From the human T2T-CHM13v2.0 reference genome, Homo sapiens: 64,000 nucleotides of DNA. Made by a program: the position numbers and the translations under genes. This document shows, in pieces, positions 58,501 to 64,000 of this stretch. Location of the stretch: assembly GCF_009914755.1 (NCBI RefSeq), contig NC_060945.1. One strand, given 5' to 3'. How positions within the stretch are numbered: position 1 is the stretch's first letter; every line of letters starts with the position of its first letter. Below the pieces are notes generated by a model. That model made no database searches. It was not told the DNA's origin and saw only the letters and a program-made list of their open reading frames with translations.

Positions 58501-60494
58501 TTCAAATGTAAACATTCTCTCAATTCTATCTTCTCCCTAGGAGCAAAGGGGCAGATCATCACATTCCAGTGACTCCTTTCTGAATTGCAATCTTACAACG
58601 TTTGGGCTATCTCCAGTTTATTTTGCACTCCTTAAATATTTCCTTATGGGATCCATACTCAATTTGGTATTTCAATTTTAAGTTTTATTTATTTATTTGT
58701 TCATTTATTTATTTATTTATATTAAAAACCACCTTCTTTTCAGAGTTCTGAACTCCAATATTAGTCCCCTTAACAACATATATCTCCTAAAAATTCCTCT
58801 TTATTTTTTTTCTTTTACTTTCCCTTTGGCTTCTTTACCTCACATCCTGTGAAGCTTAACAAACAGCAGATGTCTCCATAGAAAAGCAAAGTACCAGGTC
58901 CTCACCTCTGCTTCTTCCTTTTTTCTTTTATTCAAGCTCTTGGATCTTTACGTCCTATCTTCCTAGAGAGTCTGGAGTGCCGCTTTCTATTTCCATGTGA
59001 CTCTGGTTACTTCTATGAAATACTCTGCATATTAGTAGCTGTCTCCTCTATGGCTTTATAAGATATGAGTTGGCAAATTCTCCAAGAGGAAAAGCAGCAA
59101 GCAGAATACAGGGCTCAGCTTAGTAGGTGTTTCTTCTCTGTTGGATATTATTTAAAGATAGCATGTGAACACATTTCTAAGCTCCATCTAGTTCCCTGAA
59201 AGATTTCACTGTAAAGAAGCAGCCATGAAACTTTAGACTTATTAGCTTGTCAATAAATACAGAGGAGATTAAAATCAAGATTTAATGAATTCCAGCGCTC
59301 TCTAAATATTAGCAGATTCCATAATGTGTTATGGGGAAAACAGTAGTGATCCAAATTTAGAATTTGCTATGAGAGTTGAATGCAGATTTTCTATTAGATG
59401 TCATTATTAATTTAGATATTAAAAATGACTAACACATACAGTTTAAAAAGTTTGGAACAAGGGTTGATTCTGAGGGAGGTAGCAGCCAGTAAAAGCCTGA
59501 AAAGATATGAAATTTTATTATCAGTCACTGAATACAGCTGGAGAACAGAGTATTACTGTGAAATAGGTAGGAATAATAAAAATCAGAAAGCAGATTATAA
59601 AGAGCATTTTACATCATGATGAAAGCAGCCTATTAGATGTTGTTCTTGTTACAATAACAATAAAAATTATTATTATTACTCTAAAGACAATCAAAAGTTT
59701 CAAGCACAGGTAAAACAAGTAGATTCATTGTTTAAAAGAAAAGTGATATTAAGTGTCAGAGCACAGAGGTATCACTGTTGATGCTTGTTTTTAGCTGTTT
59801 GAAATGAGGCTAGTTGCCTAATATTGTTGAGATTTTGTACCTCATTAATAAAAGTGTTATTTTTACCTTCCCTATAAGTCTCACTCATGTATTAAACATG
59901 ATATATTATAGAATAAAATAAATTAAAATATTTATAAATAACTGCATAAATGCAAGACACCAGATATTATGATACACTGACACAATCAAATATTTGATTT
60001 TTTTATTAGATACCACACTGTCATTAAAATACATTGAGTTTATGGTCAATGTTAGTACATTAGATAAACTGCAGAGAAAGTCCATTCAAAATCACATATA
60101 CTTGAGAAAATGCATGTACAGCAGCCAGAAATCACAGGATACTTACGTATTTAGCAAAGCCAAGATCCAAATTTACTTAAAATGCCCTCCCAGTGCTCAG
60201 ATGCAATAATCTCTCATGCACATTGTAGAGAAGGTCATTGAAAAAAGTAGCTTCAGTTGTCTTATTAAAATGGCAATGAAACTAGTCAATATTACCAGAC
60301 AAATGAGAAGGTGAAGATGTGTTTATATCTTCTCTAGGGCATGTCCAAATGTTATGGGACTACATTAAATAACGTGTGTTCTGATTTCATTTTATTGACC
60401 CTGGGGAATATTTTCAATTCACCACCACTCTTACATCAATTCAAAATGCTCAATGTTAATTCGAACTTGACTCCAGTTACTCTGGTGTTCATAT

Positions 60495-60508
60495 TCTCTC
60501 TCTCTTTC

Positions 60509-60557
<49 letters not shown>

Positions 60558-60580
60558 CACAGAGAGAAAGACAGAGAGAT
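60495..60580. repeat. (TC)n(TG)n(AG)n compound microsatellite
   Basis: Seen directly. Confidence 0.92.
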
Positions 60581-61102
60581 CTATCACCTGCTCATATCAA
60601 TAGAAAACATTATTTCATCCTTATGGTTTTTGAATGAGTCAATTAATTTTTGTCAAATATGCACAATAACCCTTTTCAGAAAAGACATTTATATTACCTT
60701 GCAGAGTCATTTGCATGTAGCTACTGGAATTTCAGATTTGCATAATCTATCTAGAATATTTGGTAAAGTTTATTTTTCACCTCAAAGCTATGAAATAATT
60801 TATGACATATCTATTGGCTGCAATATAATTTACCCATAAATATTTTCTTCTGAATACACTTGATTGACATGGATAAATTGGCATCACATAAAATTTATTA
60901 AAGTAGAAGATACGCCATTTTAGGGATAACATGATACAAAATCCATAATAAACCTGCCTTTATCTCTGTTATGCATTTATTCATTCATTAACCTGTTCAT
61001 CTGTCATCCAAAATAAAAAAATTAATGCCAGGCACAGTTTCATTTCCAAATGGTTCTGTTGCCTTCCTTTACTTGCATTTGATTTTTCTAGAAGTGATAT
61101 GA

Positions 61103-61248
61103 CCACCCCCGGCTAATTTTTTGTATTTTTAGTAGAGACAGGGTTTCACTGTTTTAGCCAGGATGGTCTTGATCTCCTGACCTCATGATCCACCCGCCTC
61201 GGCCTCCCAAAGTGCTTTGATGACAGGCGTGAGCCATTGCACCCAGCC
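61103..61248 (-). mobile_element. Alu left arm plus linker only (AluY/AluSc8-type)
   Basis: ggctaattttttgtatttttagtagagac...ttagccaggatggtcttgatctcc...gcacccagcc; no adjacent right arm. Confidence 0.9.
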
Positions 61249-61647
61249 GCATTTTTTAAAGCTGTTGTTTTTGTTGTTTGTTTTTTTTTTTTGTTTTGTT
61301 TTGTTTTGCATTTAATTCACCAAAGAGATTCCTGTGTATCCTAAAGATTTCAAAAAGGTTAAATGTAAATTAAACGTAAGAATCTTCCTCCAAATCTAAA
61401 ATTTCTAAAAGAGAAAATTCTGACAAAAGAGGTATGGCAGTTTTAATTTAGAAAGATATTGGTGATTTGCCATCTGATAAAGCTGCACTAATGTAAACTA
61501 ATTTAAACTTTTGCCAACTAATTTAAGCATGTGAGCCTGTACCTACCTCCTCTCAACTGTGCTAACATTCTTATTAAACTTTTGAACTTTTCTATTGTAA
61601 TAGTTAAAACAAAATTTTAAAAAAAGTCATGTCTTTATGTATGAGTG

Positions 61648-61794
61648 TTTTTTTGTCTGCTTGTTTGTGTTTTTGAGACGGAGTCTCTCTCTGTAGCCCA
61701 GGCTGGAGTGCAGTGGTGCAATCTCGGCTCACTGCAAACTTCACCTCCCGGGTTCAAGCGCTTCTCCTGCCTCAGCCTCCTGAGTAGCTGGGAC
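61648..61794 (-). mobile_element. Alu right arm plus tail only (S-type)
   Basis: T-tail, gagacggagtctc...gagtagctgggac, then an abrupt end. Confidence 0.9.
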
Positions 61795-62862
61795 CCAGAC
61801 ATGCCCCAGTCCTCTCCTGATTTCACAGAAATATCACATAGTTACTTACTCAAGCCTGAAACATAGGAGATAGTCTTGAGAAGTCTACGCCTCTTATAAG
61901 GCAAACCTCTTACAACAGCCTAGCATTTCTAGCAATACTTTTTCCTCAATACCTGACTTCAGGTCAAGCAACGACTATCCCAGATGAGCATCCTTGCCTC
62001 TACTCCTACACCCCTATAATAAACTCTTTTCCATAAAGCCTTTATATGATCTGTAAAATTCAAAAGTCCACATAGCCCAGTGGGTATGCAAGATTTGGAC
62101 TCAGATTGTGTGAGTTCATATTCTGGCTCTGTCATTTATTAGAGATGCAAGTTTTGGAGACAAATTCTTAATTTTTCAAAACCTTCATTTTCTCACCAGG
62201 AAATAATAATGTCTCAATAGATATATTACTCTGGGAAATACTCTGATATGAGTCAAGCACCTGGGCCAATGTTTGGTAAATGATACAACTTTAATAAAAG
62301 TTAATTAGGGGGTAAATTCAAAATGTTTCTTTCTGTACCTTAAATCCCTCCAAACTGCTTACCAAGAGTTTCTTCCATTGATCACATTACCAACCTTAGT
62401 CACATATGTTTTCTTTTGTTCCACAAATATTCAAGGGCTCTTCCTGCCTGAGAACTTTGCTCTTGTAGTCCCCTCTGCCTGGAGCATTCTTCTACCAGAT
62501 CTTTTCATGGCTTACTCTTTTCTTCAGGCCTTACTTCAAATGCTATTTTTTCAAGTGTCTCAGTCTTGATCTCCTTGTCTATTAGTCATATTCCATGAGA
62601 CATTATTATTTTTTCCTGTTTCAGTTTTAGAATAAATCGTATCACCATCTACAGTTGTCAGGCATATCAATTTGGGGCTTGTTTTCTGTCTACATTCTCC
62701 AAGAATCTAAACTCCAAGGGAGCAGAACTTTGTCCATCTTCCTCCATCATTCCCTAGACTATGGAATTGCATGTCACATGGCAGAGGCTCCATAAATATT
62801 TGTTGAAAGAATCCATATACGAAGGAAGAGTTCAGTAAAAAAAAAATGAATGAATGAATGAA
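61795..62862 (+). mobile_element. L2 (L2a-like) 3' region, interrupted by a MIR
   Basis: ctcaagcctgaaacataggag; ccctctgcctggagcattctt; taaactccaagggagcag; aaatatttgttgaaagaat and a (TGAA)n tail. Confidence 0.75.
62072..62306 (+). mobile_element. MIR
   Basis: gagttcatattctggctctgtcatttattag...cttaattttt...cattttctca...aagcacctgg...aataaaagtta. Confidence 0.7.
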
Positions 62863-64000
62863 TTTCATCCACAAGGACCTTGAAATTAATTAGTAATGCC
62901 TTTGTGATTACCATCGGCAGTGCTCTGAGATGACAGTCTGGACATTGCTCCACTCAGAAATTCTGCTACACCCCAGCAGATTGCCTTTCTCAACTCTTTA
63001 AGAGCATGACCATGTTTATATATGATGTGCTGGGTATAATGAGAAATTTTACCACTTTGGGAAAATTTTGTGATAGCAACATTTCTATAAAACTAGAATA
63101 TCTAAACTTTGTAAAAGTAATATTGAAAAAATAGTTCATTTCCCAGTATGTATCCTCTATTGTCTTGATTAACAGGGTTTCAACTAGTGGAAATAATTTT
63201 TAGATGTATTCTGTCTTCAATTTCTGTCTTTCAATTTCTGCTGTTTGCAGAAAAAAAGGCATCTAGTTACTAAGAGGAGAAAATAAAAATTCCAAGGCAA
63301 GTGCATTATGTTGTTGCAAATATTTGTTCTGGTTTATTAGTACAGAAGTCAAATTTCTTGATAAGACCATATACTTTTGTATAGAAAACACTTAAATCAT
63401 TCACTTTGGAAAATGTATACAAATATCAGCTTTTCATTTTACGTGTATATAATGTAAATTTTTCTTCTGCTTATAGTATTTATTTAACTGATAGACTATT
63501 AAGCTATATGTGTTATGTATACACAATATACAATACTTAATGGCCAATTTTAGGTTTGCTTTTTTTTTTTTTTTTGGTCTTCTGTGAGTTACAGAGAATA
63601 TTTTCAGCATACTTAGGAGTTTCCAAAAATGTAAACAAAGAAGAAGATGAATTTTGTTTAAGAAAATTCAAATACCTATTGAATGACTAATCAATTAGCT
63701 TTAGAGAAGGATATGAAACATATGTCCCTTATGATAAGATTGCTTTGCCAGGCTTCTAAAGAACAAGTATTATTCTTCATAATAACTTAAGTACAGAAGT
63801 GCCAGAGAACAGTTCGTACACTAGCAAACTTCCATGTTTACCTTAGTATAATGGCTCTCTATTTTTAAAAGTATTTTATACTGGGCCCCTGTCAGGCACT
63901 TAAGCTTTCAATAGAAATAATTCTCTTCAAAGATATCTTTTTCTGTTGTTTTGTTCTTCGTGCAGTACAATTGACTTGCTTTATTGAGACAAATATGATT

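Overview
AT-rich primate (most likely human) genomic DNA, read as intergenic or deep intronic. I find no intact protein-coding gene, RNA gene or CRISPR array. The one gene-derived feature is a 5'-truncated, frameshifted processed pseudogene of C1QBP (p32/gC1qR) on the minus strand at ~15521-16542, with 3'UTR, polyA signal, tail remnant and a 10-bp target-site duplication (TSD). The rest is interspersed repeats: a dozen Alu insertions, old L1M and younger L1PA fragments (one with a twin-priming inversion), MIR/L2, Tigger3 and MER63-like DNA transposons, several MaLR/ERV solo LTRs, a complete two-LTR THE1A element, and microsatellites. Nearly all listed ORFs are repeat-derived or chance. I did not find a new multi-gene biological system. 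The most interesting signals are structural or regulatory: a CpG-retaining LTR/Alu patch at ~51.3-52.4 kb with a 90-bp displaced duplicate, an apparently circularly permuted Alu at 61.1-61.8 kb, two Alus sharing rare variants, and ancestral character states in the pseudogene. Repeat subfamily names come from recalled consensus sequences and need RepeatMasker/Dfam confirmation.
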